A stretch of DNA of 64,000 nucleotides from an uncultured Acidimicrobiales bacterium (GCA_963803845.1 CAWDNZ010000004.1:1932801-1996800); one strand, 5' to 3'; counted from the first letter of the stretch, positions 18,556 to 28,502 are shown. Notes: generated from the sequence alone by a model not told the origin. Program-made: numbers and translations.

Positions 18556-19326
18556 CTACTCGGGCTCGATGAGCGTGGGCTTGTTGCGGGCGAGTTTGAA
18601 TGCAAAACCGGGAAGATTGAGAACATAGCGGCGCCAGAGTCGCCGAGGTTCCATAACCAATCGGAAGAGCCATTCGAACCCCGACCGTTGAACAAAACGA
18701 GGGGCTTGGCGCACGCGCCCGGTCAACATGTCGTAGGCCGCGCCGATGCCGATCAGTGCTGCGGCATTCAGTTCAGGACGCACATCGTCCATCCAGAATT
18801 CCTGTTTCGGGCTGGACAATCCAACCCACACGATGTCTGGATCTGCCTCGTTGATCAGCTTGATCACCTCTGCCCGTTCCGAGCTTTCGAGAGGCCGAAA
18901 CGGCGGGCAGTACGTGCCGACGTTTTGGACTCCGGGGGCTCGGCGTTCGATTTCGGCCGCCAATTCGTCGGCCACGCCTTCGGTTCCGCCGTAGTAGAAG
19001 AACTTCCACTGTTTCTCGCCGGCGCGTTCGGTCACCGCTTGGATGAGGTCTGGGCCATAGACCCTGTTCATTTCTTTTTCGCCAGCCCACCGCCCGCACC
19101 AGACCATGGGCATGCCGTCCGGCGTCGTGAGGCCGGAGTTGTTTTGAATCTCGCGAAACTTCTCGTCCTTCTGGGCGAGCATTACCCCGTGGGCATCACG
19201 AACGCAGACATAGTGGCGTTCGCCATCTTGGATCCACCGGTCGATTTCATCGACTGCGGTTGGAAGGTCGAGCGTGCTGACGTGAACTCCGAGAATATTG
19301 ACACGGCGTTTGGGATTCAAGGCCAT
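18556..19326 (-). CDS. WecB/TagA/CpsF family glycosyltransferase
   Basis: 256 aa; 'ILGV.V..L....A...I..W', 'GPDL......', 'VGLSSPKQE.W' and 'IGIGAAYD' are typical of the TagA/WecG family. Confidence 0.8.
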   Translation of the reverse strand: MALNPKRRVNILGVHVSTLDLPTAVDEIDRWIQDGERHYVCVRDAHGVMLAQKDEKFREIQNNSGLTTPDGMPMVWCGRWAGEKEMNRVYGPDLIQAVTERAGEKQWKFFYYGGTEGVADELAAEIERRAPGVQNVGTYCPPFRPLESSERAEVIKLINEADPDIVWVGLSSPKQEFWMDDVRPELNAAALIGIGAAYDMLTGRVRQAPRFVQRSGFEWLFRLVMEPRRLWRRYVLNLPGFAFKLARNKPTLIEPE

Positions 19327-19336
19327 CTGGAGAAAG

Positions 19337-20512
19337 CTACTTCGGCTTTTGGGTGGCGGAGGTAATGGCCGTGACGAGATCTGACAGGGCCCGGGCCGAT
19401 TCGGAGGTGAAGAGGTCTCTGCAGGCTTCGAATGCGGCGTTCTGGAGGTCGTTCAAACGATCCAGATCGTCGAGCATCGAGGCGATCAATGGGGCCAACT
19501 CGATTTCGGACCGAACCTCCTCAACGCTTTTTCCGGGAATCAGCGGAAGACTCATCGCCGATGTATGACCGGTGACGAGGGGTACCCGGTGAAAGATGAA
19601 GTCCAGTGTTTTCATCTTGAATCCACCCCCGACTGGTTCGAAGACGATGCCAACTCGGCAATCAGCGAGTGCCTGGTCGAAGTCGTCGACATAACCCTCG
19701 AAGCGAACCTTGGGGTACTGGCGAGATACCTCGTCGGGCGGCGGATATCCACCGGTGAAGACCACCACCTCTACTCCGCTGTCGATCAGCGGCTTCAACC
19801 CGCGCAGCGCCATCACCATGTTGTCGATCTTTGCCCCCCAATACAGCGTGCTGATCATGGCTACCCGCCGGGGCGTTTCTTCGGTGATCGTTCGTTCCGG
19901 GCGACGGGTACCGCGATAGCTGGGCAGGGTGTGGACGATCGGGCCCTTCGGGTTCCGAGCCTGGAACGTCTCGATATCCGCAGTCGAGATAGCGCTCACT
20001 CCATCACACGTGCGTAGAAGATGGTTCTCGAACCGTTCCATCTTCTTCAGGTCGACGAAGAGGGCGGCCTTTCTTATCCCGTTGGCGGCGGGGATCATTT
20101 TTTCCTTGACGCGGGTCTCATCGTTCTGTGAGACGTAGATCGAAGGGACCGTCCCGTCGATGATCTCCAAAGCGGCGCCGACACGAAGGTGATCGAAGAG
20201 AACGATGTCGGGGCCGCAGATGGCGAGAGCCTCCTGTACTGCATCTGCGAAGTCGTCACCCCACACCTCGGTCACCTTGACGGGCGCGGGGTGAGCCATC
20301 TTCTTCCACATGGGAACATTCCGGTGGGGGAGGACAGTCCAAATACCGTCGTCATCGGCTTCGTACGTGCCGTCGGCGGAGCGCGCCCGCCCAATCGCTC
20401 GGACCTCATGGCCCATTTCGCGCAAGGCGTTCAGCATGTCAAGGCTGTAACGGTAGAGGCCGCTGTCGGCCGGCAACAGGTACTCGCCGGAGAGCCAGAG
20501 TATCTTCGCCAT
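19337..20512 (-). CDS. glycosyltransferase family 4 (GT-B)
   Basis: 391 aa with a GT-B two-domain pattern, located in the polysaccharide locus. Specificity unknown. Confidence 0.65.
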   Translation of the reverse strand: MAKILWLSGEYLLPADSGLYRYSLDMLNALREMGHEVRAIGRARSADGTYEADDDGIWTVLPHRNVPMWKKMAHPAPVKVTEVWGDDFADAVQEALAICGPDIVLFDHLRVGAALEIIDGTVPSIYVSQNDETRVKEKMIPAANGIRKAALFVDLKKMERFENHLLRTCDGVSAISTADIETFQARNPKGPIVHTLPSYRGTRRPERTITEETPRRVAMISTLYWGAKIDNMVMALRGLKPLIDSGVEVVVFTGGYPPPDEVSRQYPKVRFEGYVDDFDQALADCRVGIVFEPVGGGFKMKTLDFIFHRVPLVTGHTSAMSLPLIPGKSVEEVRSEIELAPLIASMLDDLDRLNDLQNAAFEACRDLFTSESARALSDLVTAITSATQKPK

Positions 20513-20661
20513 TGTGCGATCGTTCCTTAACGGGTGGGAGGTGGGTGGACTCCAAGACGCGAGCGGGCCTTGGCCTTGAAGTAGTCCAATCGGACGATAC
20601 CGGCGGGCAATGAGTCACAGATTGCGCTGGGAATGGGTGCCAAGGTGTCAAACTGATCGCT

Positions 20662-21684
20662 ATGCACACCCATGCTCCGGCCGGCGCCACAACCCCGTTG
20701 ACCCTGGCCGATCTCACCGTCAATATCTGTACCGTCGACCGTCCCGAAAAGCTTCGAGCCGCATTACAGAGCCTTCTGGACACCACCCCGCCAGGGCCGT
20801 CTCTCCAACTGCTCCTCAATGAGGCCTCTCCGGAGACCTGGCCCGCCATCGAGTCATTGGTGGAGGAATGGCGTGGTCCGGTCAACGTGATTCGAATCAA
20901 GAAGCGCCTGCCGGTGACCCAATCCCACCAGCGGGCATTGGATGCGATCAGTACCCGCTTGGTCAATTTCATGGGTGATGACGACCTCGTGTTCGCAGAT
21001 CGGTTCACCGAAGCGATCGAGATGTTCAATTCCGTACCCGACCTGAAGCTCGTTGGAACCTGGTGCGAACGGATCGGTGGGGACGCGGACAACGTGGTCC
21101 GAAAAGGTCGCATGGACATCGGGCCTGTGACACTGGAAGAGTGGGCTGCATATCGCGAGTCTTCAACACCAGTTCAGTACTGTTTTCCCGCTGTGGTCCT
21201 CGACACCGCTGCGGCCCGGGAAGCGGGCGGGTTTCAGGATCGGTTCGGTTCGGCAATGGATGCGGCTCTCACCGGCTACGTCGGACGGAAGTGGCCGTGC
21301 CTCACCCAAACCGAACGCCGATTCGGCTTCCGGATCCACGATGGATCCGACAGCGCCAACAACTTTGCTGCCCAGTTCGAGAGGTATGAGTATTTCGAGG
21401 ACTGCCTCCGAGCCTTGAACGCTGGACGCGAGGAGCCCACTTTGGAGGAATGGCAGGCGGCCCGTGCTGCTCAGCCATGGCTGAAACGCAAATCACACGA
21501 ACGAATGGTGCGGTCGCGCCATTTGTTTCGTCGCTGCGGTGCCGCCTTGGTCGATGGCCGACGAGCGGATTTCGTGAAGTATGCGGTCCTGTCATTGGTG
21601 GCGTGGCCGCCTCAGTTCTTCTCCAAGGCGTTCGAGCAGCGCGGTAGATCCACCCCGAAGGGTCAACGCAGCACACGTTGGTAG
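20662..21684 (+). CDS. glycosyltransferase family 2
   Basis: 'LTVNICTVDRPEKLRAALQSLL' N-terminal GT-A motif and a 'GDDD' DxD-like motif. Confidence 0.65.
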   Translation: MHTHAPAGATTPLTLADLTVNICTVDRPEKLRAALQSLLDTTPPGPSLQLLLNEASPETWPAIESLVEEWRGPVNVIRIKKRLPVTQSHQRALDAISTRLVNFMGDDDLVFADRFTEAIEMFNSVPDLKLVGTWCERIGGDADNVVRKGRMDIGPVTLEEWAAYRESSTPVQYCFPAVVLDTAAAREAGGFQDRFGSAMDAALTGYVGRKWPCLTQTERRFGFRIHDGSDSANNFAAQFERYEYFEDCLRALNAGREEPTLEEWQAARAAQPWLKRKSHERMVRSRHLFRRCGAALVDGRRADFVKYAVLSLVAWPPQFFSKAFEQRGRSTPKGQRSTRW

Positions 21685-22893
21685 AACGCCGTCATTTTGG
21701 CAGCCCGTGCCGGCCAGGTATTCCGGCCTCCCGCTGCCAACGCAGCCGTACCCATCTCTTGGCGGCGACCTGGGTCACCGGCCAGTTCCACAAGCGTGTT
21801 CGCAATTTCTTCGGTGGATTGCTGGGTTGTTGACGGCGGTATTTGAATAGCCCAGTCGGGACTGGTGATGATGCCCGGCCCCTGATGGTTGATCACCACG
21901 GCGGGCATACCGTAAGCGGAGGCCGAGTGAAGCGGGGCGCCGCCGTTGTCGCGCACGCTGTTGAACAGCAACACATCGTGATTGGCATAGGCGTCTTCCA
22001 ACTCCGCCTGCGACGACCAGCCGCGGTCGGTCACCAATCCATCGGTGATCATCCGCTCCAATTGATCGGCCACGAGCGCTCGCGGGATGCCGTCGCCCAT
22101 CAGTGTGAGGTGGATCGCACACTTCGTGGAGGCCAGTTGGACCGCATCCAATGCCATGCCGAGCGCCTTTCGCTCCATGATTCGACTGACCCACACGACC
22201 CGTAACGGTCCTGAGGTTGATTGGACCACGGGTTGGGCCATCAGTTCGGCAGGATCAACGCCGTCGTCCAGCATCAACGTGACGTGTCGTGCGCCGAGCT
22301 GTCGTAGCACGGTCTCGGTCTCCGGGTTGGACGCAAGTATCATTGATGCCGACTGCACCAGGCGTCGGCTGAATGGATTGAATCTGACCGTCCGCACCAA
22401 AGTGTTCCGAAGTTGTTCGTAGTGCCAGCTGGTCGGGAAAACACGACTTGTACCCGGGGGACGCGGTAGTTCCACCGCCCACGGGACCAAGGACAAATGG
22501 GGCATCAAGCCGGTTGAGCCAGCTGCCATGATGGATGCTGGCCCACGAAAGGTGATGGACGAGGTCGAAAGGCTCGTCTTGATGGAGGGCACGAGCCGCG
22601 CCCAGAGCGCGACGTTGCCAGCCCTGATAGTCCATCGCCGTGTACACCACCACCGGAAGCCGGCGGGAGACAACCGGCGGTTCAACGTTGATGAACTCGG
22701 GGGCGTAGCCGGGGCGAATCTGTTCGGGGATCGGCGCCGTTCTCGGATCGATAGCCGAGGTGGGATCGGCACGGTTAACGAGGGCCGTGACGTCTATCCC
22801 GTTCATTGCAAGGTAGGTGGCCCATTGCCACGTCATGCGCGCTTCGGATCCACCGCTCGGTGAACAGGAGTGGGCGACCAGAAGTACCCGCAT
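21663..22893 (-). pseudogene. GT4 glycosyltransferase interrupted by a frameshift
   Basis: The N-terminal half ('MRVLLVAHSCSPSGGSE...PFVLGPVGGG') is in the frame of ORF 22255-22968. The C-terminal half ('...WHYEQLRN...SRIMERKALGMALDAV...LLFNSVRDNGGAPLHSASAYGMPAVV') is in the frame of ORF 21663-22772. The switch falls between about 22425 and 22485, which contains a C5/G5 run (22453-22460). Confidence 0.7.
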
Positions 22894-23102
22894 CACTGCT
22901 GCCCGAGGATGCCAGCTGGTTGTACAAGGTTTTGGAAAGGGATCGTGGCCATGGTTCGTTTGACCCATTCTGCAATGTGGACAGGCTGGAGCGTGATCAG
23001 GCTAGGTGCGCTGTACAGGAGCAACGCCTCGTGATGGGGTTTGGTGGGTGAAGCTGCCCAAATATCACCTCAACCAGATTTCAACTATGCCGATGAACCC
23101 AT

Positions 23103-25385
23103 ATGCCCTTGCCCGTCCGCCGCACCGGCGCGCTTCTACGTCTCCTCTCACTAGTACTCACGATTGGGGTGGTTGGAGCCGCCTGCTCGTTTGGCGCAGG
23201 GGACAGCCGCACGGCCAACGATGGTGCTGAGGTTCTAGGTGCGTCGTCGGCTCTACCCGGAAAGTACGTTTCCACCACGGGAAACAACGGCAATTCCGGC
23301 AACGCCCCAGACCAGGCCTACCGCACACTCGCTCATGCGGTGAAACAGCTCGGCCCCGGAGACACGCTCTACGTAATGGAGGGTGACTACTTCGAGAACG
23401 ATCGACCGGACTCTGCGGTGGCGATCACCAATTCCGGCACGCCTCAAGCCTGGATCACGATCACGGCATTTCCCGGTGCCACACCGATCATTCGCAGCAA
23501 CCAGAGCAACGGGATAAAGGTGGATGGGGCCAGCTATGTGGAGATCTCCAATCTCGAGCTGATCGGCAATCCGACCGGCGGTACATCGAGCTATTCCGGC
23601 TCAGGGATCAACGTAGATGCCATCTACAGCCCGGCGAGAAACCATCACATCCGGATTCTCAACAACACGATTTCGGGATTCGGGGCTGGCGGTATCCCAG
23701 TGACCGGAAGCAGCCACGTTGAGATCCGCAACAATGTCATTCATGATGTCGCCGAAGTCGAGTGGACTCAGCACAGCGGTATTTCGATCCTCGAGAGCTT
23801 CAACATGGGGTTCGGCAACGACAGCAACGGTTATTCCAACTACATCACCGGAAACACGATCTATCGAGTGGAGAACAAAGTCCGAGACAACAGCGGTCGG
23901 TTCACTGATGGAAACTGCATCATCATGGACCGGACCAAAATCAACAGCTACACAGGTCGTACGTTGATCGCCAACAACCTCTGTCTCGATAGTGGTGGTC
24001 GAGGCGTTCAGGTGTATCAGTCCCGCCACGTCGATGTTGTGAGCAATACGATCTTCCAGAATCTCAAGACCGGTGAGATCGCCAGCAGTGGAGGCGAGTT
24101 GGGGGCGTTCTATTCCGAGGACGTTCACTTCGCCAACAACCTCGTCTTCGCTAGGAGTGGGCTGATGCCGGCTCGAACCTACGACGCCAGCAATATCCGG
24201 TTCACGAACAACCTTTACGTTGGTGACACCGATCCTCAGTACAACGGGGCCGCCAACAACGGTGACCGTCGTGTTGGGTCCGGCACTTCGGTGGTTGCAA
24301 GTCCGAGCACGAATCCGAATCCGGCGAACTTCAAGCTCGTCAGCGGCTCGCCCGCGGTGAACGCCGGGACGAACACATTTGATGGTGTGGTCGCCACGGA
24401 CTACCTGGGAGCTGCGCGCCCGGCCGGCGGGGCAACCGACATCGGAGCCTTGGAATCTGGGAGCTCCGCTCCCGTAGCCACCACCGCTGCGCCAACAACC
24501 GCTGCGCCAACAACCGCTGCGCCAACAACCGCTGCGCCAGCAACCGCTGCGCCAGCAACCGCTGCGCCAACGACCAGACCGCCAACGACGGTGGCCACGA
24601 CAACGAAGCCAACTTCTTCACAGGCCCCGAGCTCTGTGCCGGAAACCACCGTTCCGGATTCATCTGACTCTGTAGCCGAACCCGTACCGACCGACTTGGT
24701 GTCGACCATCGTGCCGCGCCCTCCGACCACCAGCGCGGCAGCTGTCGACGATGGCTCGGCTTCAGACCCAAACTCACAGCAGTCTGCTGCGGTTGAGGCC
24801 GCTTCAACCACCTCGAGTTCCACGAGTACATCGATTGCCGCCGCCCCGGGAAGTACAGCGGCGTCCGTTTCGCCCACGCCGTCCAGCACGGTAACCGGGT
24901 CCTCCAGCACCGTCGAACCACGCCGCGAGAGCGCGGTGTCGCCTTCTCCAGCCGCAATTCCTCCGGGCGAGGCTGGGCCAACCCTGAGTACTGCAACCAC
25001 GATTGATTTCGGAGAACCTGCAGGTCCACGTTTCGATTTCGACGATTCGCAGTTCTCACCACCGCGGCCCCCACAGGAGGTCAGTGATGTCACAAGTGTG
25101 CCCGCCTCGACCGTGGGTTCGGTGAAGCGGAGCCTCGCCCCACCCTCCACGGTCTTCGGCAGCGATGGTCCCGGTCCGGCTGATGGGGGACCAGCATCGG
25201 AGTTGGGGGCGCGGGAACGTAATTCGTCAGAGCCTCTGGCCTTCGATGATGTGGCGATCCCTCAGGCTCCCACCCCCGTAGAGTTGCCCTTGGGCATCAT
25301 GGCCTCGATTGGCCTCGTCCTGTCGTACTATCGGCCCACACAGCTGGAGGCTGGGCTGGGACGACTGCTCAGTCGGGTTCGCTGA
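23103..25385 (+). CDS. right-handed beta-helix (pectate-lyase-fold) lipoprotein with Pro/Thr/Ala/Ser-rich stalk and C-terminal hydrophobic segment
   Basis: Lipobox-like 'VVGAAC' at residues 23-28. Repeated 'I.N N.I....G.G' beta-helix turns ('HHIRILNNTISGF', 'HVEIRNNVIHD', 'ANNLCLDSGGRG', 'DVVSNTIFQN'). A low-complexity linker of about 280 aa, then 'LPLGIMASIGLVLSYY' near the C-terminus. Confidence 0.7.
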   Translation: MPLPVRRTGALLRLLSLVLTIGVVGAACSFGAGDSRTANDGAEVLGASSALPGKYVSTTGNNGNSGNAPDQAYRTLAHAVKQLGPGDTLYVMEGDYFENDRPDSAVAITNSGTPQAWITITAFPGATPIIRSNQSNGIKVDGASYVEISNLELIGNPTGGTSSYSGSGINVDAIYSPARNHHIRILNNTISGFGAGGIPVTGSSHVEIRNNVIHDVAEVEWTQHSGISILESFNMGFGNDSNGYSNYITGNTIYRVENKVRDNSGRFTDGNCIIMDRTKINSYTGRTLIANNLCLDSGGRGVQVYQSRHVDVVSNTIFQNLKTGEIASSGGELGAFYSEDVHFANNLVFARSGLMPARTYDASNIRFTNNLYVGDTDPQYNGAANNGDRRVGSGTSVVASPSTNPNPANFKLVSGSPAVNAGTNTFDGVVATDYLGAARPAGGATDIGALESGSSAPVATTAAPTTAAPTTAAPTTAAPATAAPATAAPTTRPPTTVATTTKPTSSQAPSSVPETTVPDSSDSVAEPVPTDLVSTIVPRPPTTSAAAVDDGSASDPNSQQSAAVEAASTTSSSTSTSIAAAPGSTAASVSPTPSSTVTGSSSTVEPRRESAVSPSPAAIPPGEAGPTLSTATTIDFGEPAGPRFDFDDSQFSPPRPPQEVSDVTSVPASTVGSVKRSLAPPSTVFGSDGPGPADGGPASELGARERNSSEPLAFDDVAIPQAPTPVELPLGIMASIGLVLSYYRPTQLEAGLGRLLSRVR
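24483..24572 (+). repeat. 15-bp in-frame tandem repeat, 6 copies (accgctgcgccaaca; encodes TAAPT/TAAPA)
   Basis: Read directly: six consecutive 15-mers differing only at 1-2 positions, inside the beta-helix lipoprotein linker. Confidence 0.95.
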
Positions 25386-25470
25386 GACTGAAGTAACATT
25401 TGGGTGCCAACTCGCGGGGTTCGGTACCCTCGCGCATTGATTTCTTCACCTAATCATCCGAAAGACAACC

Positions 25471-27111
25471 ATGGTTCCCGACAACAACTTCGTTCAAGAC
25501 GACGTCACAACCCTCGAGGATTATCTGGCGGCGATCCGCAACCGGAAATGGGTTGTCGTCGCCGTTGCCGCCTTGGTATTTGCTCTGGCGTTCTTGGCTA
25601 CATCGGGGGGCATAGCGACGTACACGGCCGCAGGTGAGGTGGAGGTGGGCGTGAGTCCGGTGAACAGCACAAATGACTCACCGGCGCCAGGCAACCTTGA
25701 TCTCGAGCGGTCCAAGATGAAGGGCAACGAGATGTCCGCCGCGGTCGCGCGGCAGTTCCAAGCTCGCGGAATCCCGGTAACGGCGGCCCAGCTGCGGGAA
25801 GACATCGACGTTAGCTTCGTTCCTCAGAGTCAGCGGCTGGACCTCTCCTTCACCAGTGACGACCCCGAGTTCGCAGCAGCGGTGGTTAACGCATTTGCCG
25901 AGACCTACGTGCAGCGTAGAATTGAAGCGGCCGAGGACTATTACAAGACCCGAATCGACGTGCTTCTCGCCACAGAACAGGCGGAGCTGGACAAATCCGT
26001 AGCCGCCGAAACCGAACGACAGAAGTTGGTGTTGGAGGCGGCCGCCGCCAACACCACTCAAGCCCGGAGAGCCCTGATTCAGATCGAACTAGCCGAGTTC
26101 CAGGACATCAAGAACGACGCCAACCGGGCAATCGCGATCGCCAAAACCGAACGGAATCGGCAGGAGCTCAATCGTGCCTCGCTGCAGAGCGCAGCCAGCG
26201 TGATTCTCTCGGCTGAGGTCCCGACCTCGGTCAACGGTGTCCCCCGCTCCTACATTCTGGTTGGATCGCTCATCGCCGGGCTGCTGTTCGGTACCGCCGC
26301 CGCCTTCTTGGCCGAGCGGCTCGATACCACCGCCCGTGACGAAGAAGATGTGGCCCTCGCCCTCAACACCCGGGTTCTGGCTTCAATACCGGCGTTTCCA
26401 CTTGGCAATCGCAGTGGCACTTCTGCTGCCGTGATGTTGAGTGAGGATCGCAAGCCGCGCCTGGCGATCTCACGAGAAGCCTTCCGCCGGCTCCGCTCCA
26501 GCGTCCAGTTCAACGCGGCCTCCACCGGAGCAGAAGTCTTCCTTTTCACCAGTGCGTTCCCGGGAGAGGGGAAATCCGTGGCGGCGGCCAACTTGGCGCT
26601 GGCACTGGCCCAGAGCGGAAAGCACGTCGCTCTGGTGTCGGCGGACATGCGGCGGCCAACGTTGGAGCGAATTCTCGGTGTGCCCAACAACGAGGGTCTG
26701 TCGGACTTCCTCGGCGGACGTACAGAAATGGAACTCAAGTCCGTCGAAGGTGTCGAGAACCTCTGGTTTGTGCCCTCCGGGCCAGCGCCGGCGAATCCGG
26801 GAGAGCTGCTCGGTTCCGTCCAATTCGAAACGCTCATCAAGGAACTCCGAACGATGGCTTCGTTCGTGATCATCGACAGTCCGCCGGTGCTGAGCACCGC
26901 CGATGCGGCAACCGCCGCAGCCTTCGTTGATGGGGTTGTTGTCATCGTCGACAGTCGCCGCACCGAGACGGCGGATCTCATGCGGGTGCGGGATGAACTG
27001 GAGCGGGGCGGGGCGAAGATCGCGGGTGCTGTGCTCAACCGCACTCGTGGGCGTCGTGGGCTCTTCAGCCGCCGCGACACCTATGCATACTACGAGACCG
27101 GTCAGTCGTAG
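25471..27111 (+). CDS. polysaccharide co-polymerase (Wzz) fused to BY-kinase, tyrosine autokinase #2
   Basis: Same architecture as 16863-18482: Walker A 'SAFPGEGKSVAAANLA', 'VIIDSPPV' Walker B and a C-terminal Tyr cluster 'RRDTYAYYE'. Confidence 0.85.
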   Translation: MVPDNNFVQDDVTTLEDYLAAIRNRKWVVVAVAALVFALAFLATSGGIATYTAAGEVEVGVSPVNSTNDSPAPGNLDLERSKMKGNEMSAAVARQFQARGIPVTAAQLREDIDVSFVPQSQRLDLSFTSDDPEFAAAVVNAFAETYVQRRIEAAEDYYKTRIDVLLATEQAELDKSVAAETERQKLVLEAAAANTTQARRALIQIELAEFQDIKNDANRAIAIAKTERNRQELNRASLQSAASVILSAEVPTSVNGVPRSYILVGSLIAGLLFGTAAAFLAERLDTTARDEEDVALALNTRVLASIPAFPLGNRSGTSAAVMLSEDRKPRLAISREAFRRLRSSVQFNAASTGAEVFLFTSAFPGEGKSVAAANLALALAQSGKHVALVSADMRRPTLERILGVPNNEGLSDFLGGRTEMELKSVEGVENLWFVPSGPAPANPGELLGSVQFETLIKELRTMASFVIIDSPPVLSTADAATAAAFVDGVVVIVDSRRTETADLMRVRDELERGGAKIAGAVLNRTRGRRGLFSRRDTYAYYETGQS

Positions 27112-27119
27112 AACCGGTT

Positions 27120-28502
27120 ATGACCATTGCGGTGAGGGCTCCCGTCCAGGAGCCCCATGCCGAGCACCGACAGGAGACCCTTGCCCGCGCTCAGGCACGG
27201 TGGCGGCAAAGTCCGGCCTACCGGGCCCGCCCTCGCTTATTGGAACAGACCATCGGAATGCTGGCGCTCCTGTTTCTTACGGCGGGGCTCCCGACCGAAT
27301 GGTTCGTTGTCGACTACCTGACCGACGTCAACGCTGGTGGGCCGCTGGTAATCGTCGTCTTCATGGCCTTCACCGGCGTTCTCTTGACATTCTCGATGAA
27401 GCGACCAAAGGCAATGTTCTACCTGGTCGTCTGTGAACTGGCCCTCATGGGCTTCAGCTTCCTTATCCTCTTCTCACCGCTGTGGTCGGTGGATTTCGGA
27501 ACGTCACTGCGGCGAGCGGTTGCCCTCTCGCTCACCACCGCATTGGGACTCTATTTCGTGGCCCGCTACAGCCTCGAACAGTTGCTGGGCCGTCTGTCCT
27601 TGGTCTTCGTGGCCACCACGACCTTCAACCTTGTCTGGGTGTATGCGCTTCCCACATACGGGCGGCTGGACGGTACGACCTTCACGGGAATTACTACGAA
27701 CCGGAATGCCCTGGGCGCCCAGGCCGTCCTTGCATGCTTGGTGATGTTTTTCGGTTTCAAGGCAAGACGCCACCGCTTCTTGACCGGCCTCGGTTTCCTG
27801 GGATCGGTCTGGTTGGTGATCGGGACCGAATCGAAGACATCGCTGATGTCTCTTCTCCTCCTCGGTGTTCTCTTGATCGTCTTCACCACGTTTCGATCGC
27901 GCCGACAATTGTTCGGCGCCGTGCTTGTAAGCGAAATCACCGCGGGCCTGTTCGGCATTCTCATTGCGACCGCCAACCTTGCATTCATCACCGACTTGCT
28001 GGGTCGAGACATCACCCTCACCGGTCGTACGATTCTTTGGAAGAACCTCCTCCCCCCGATTGCCGAGAAGCCGATTCTTGGCCATGGTTGGGATGCGTTC
28101 TGGGGTGGCTGGAACTCGCCAGCTCATGAGATTTGGATCGAGAACAACTGGCTTCCGCCTACGGCTCACAACGCTGCTTTGGAGTATCTCCTGTCCATAG
28201 GGATCGTGGGGCTGTCGTTTTGGCTCGTCATGATGGGTCGCGGTATGTGGCGGTCCATCCACTATCTGCGCGATCGCCCCGGTTTCGCCGGCCTGTTTCC
28301 CGTCGCCATGCTTTCCTATGCATTCCTTTATTCCGTGACCGAAGCCGGAGTGGTCCATCGCGGGATCGACTGGATGTTGCTGGTTGTCGCTCTCGTGGAG
28401 ACCAAACGCTTCATGGACCGCAACCGATCCACGCTTGACGGTCAACGAGTACTCCTTCGAAAGAAGCACCACTTCAACAGGAAACTTGTGGCTAGATCAT
28501 GA
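27120..28502 (+). CDS. O-antigen ligase/polymerase (Wzy-like) family membrane protein
   Basis: 460 aa and polytopic (about 10-12 hydrophobic spans), with a large loop containing 'GHGWDAFW' typical of the Wzy_C/O-antigen ligase domain. Confidence 0.7.
   Translation: MTIAVRAPVQEPHAEHRQETLARAQARWRQSPAYRARPRLLEQTIGMLALLFLTAGLPTEWFVVDYLTDVNAGGPLVIVVFMAFTGVLLTFSMKRPKAMFYLVVCELALMGFSFLILFSPLWSVDFGTSLRRAVALSLTTALGLYFVARYSLEQLLGRLSLVFVATTTFNLVWVYALPTYGRLDGTTFTGITTNRNALGAQAVLACLVMFFGFKARRHRFLTGLGFLGSVWLVIGTESKTSLMSLLLLGVLLIVFTTFRSRRQLFGAVLVSEITAGLFGILIATANLAFITDLLGRDITLTGRTILWKNLLPPIAEKPILGHGWDAFWGGWNSPAHEIWIENNWLPPTAHNAALEYLLSIGIVGLSFWLVMMGRGMWRSIHYLRDRPGFAGLFPVAMLSYAFLYSVTEAGVVHRGIDWMLLVVALVETKRFMDRNRSTLDGQRVLLRKKHHFNRKLVARS

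Noticed and set aside
24483-24572. Regularly spaced short repeats that could superficially suggest a CRISPR array.
   Set aside because: The units are contiguous 15-mers with no spacers, in frame inside a coding region, and encode a Pro/Thr/Ala linker. No CRISPR array or cas genes occur anywhere in the window.
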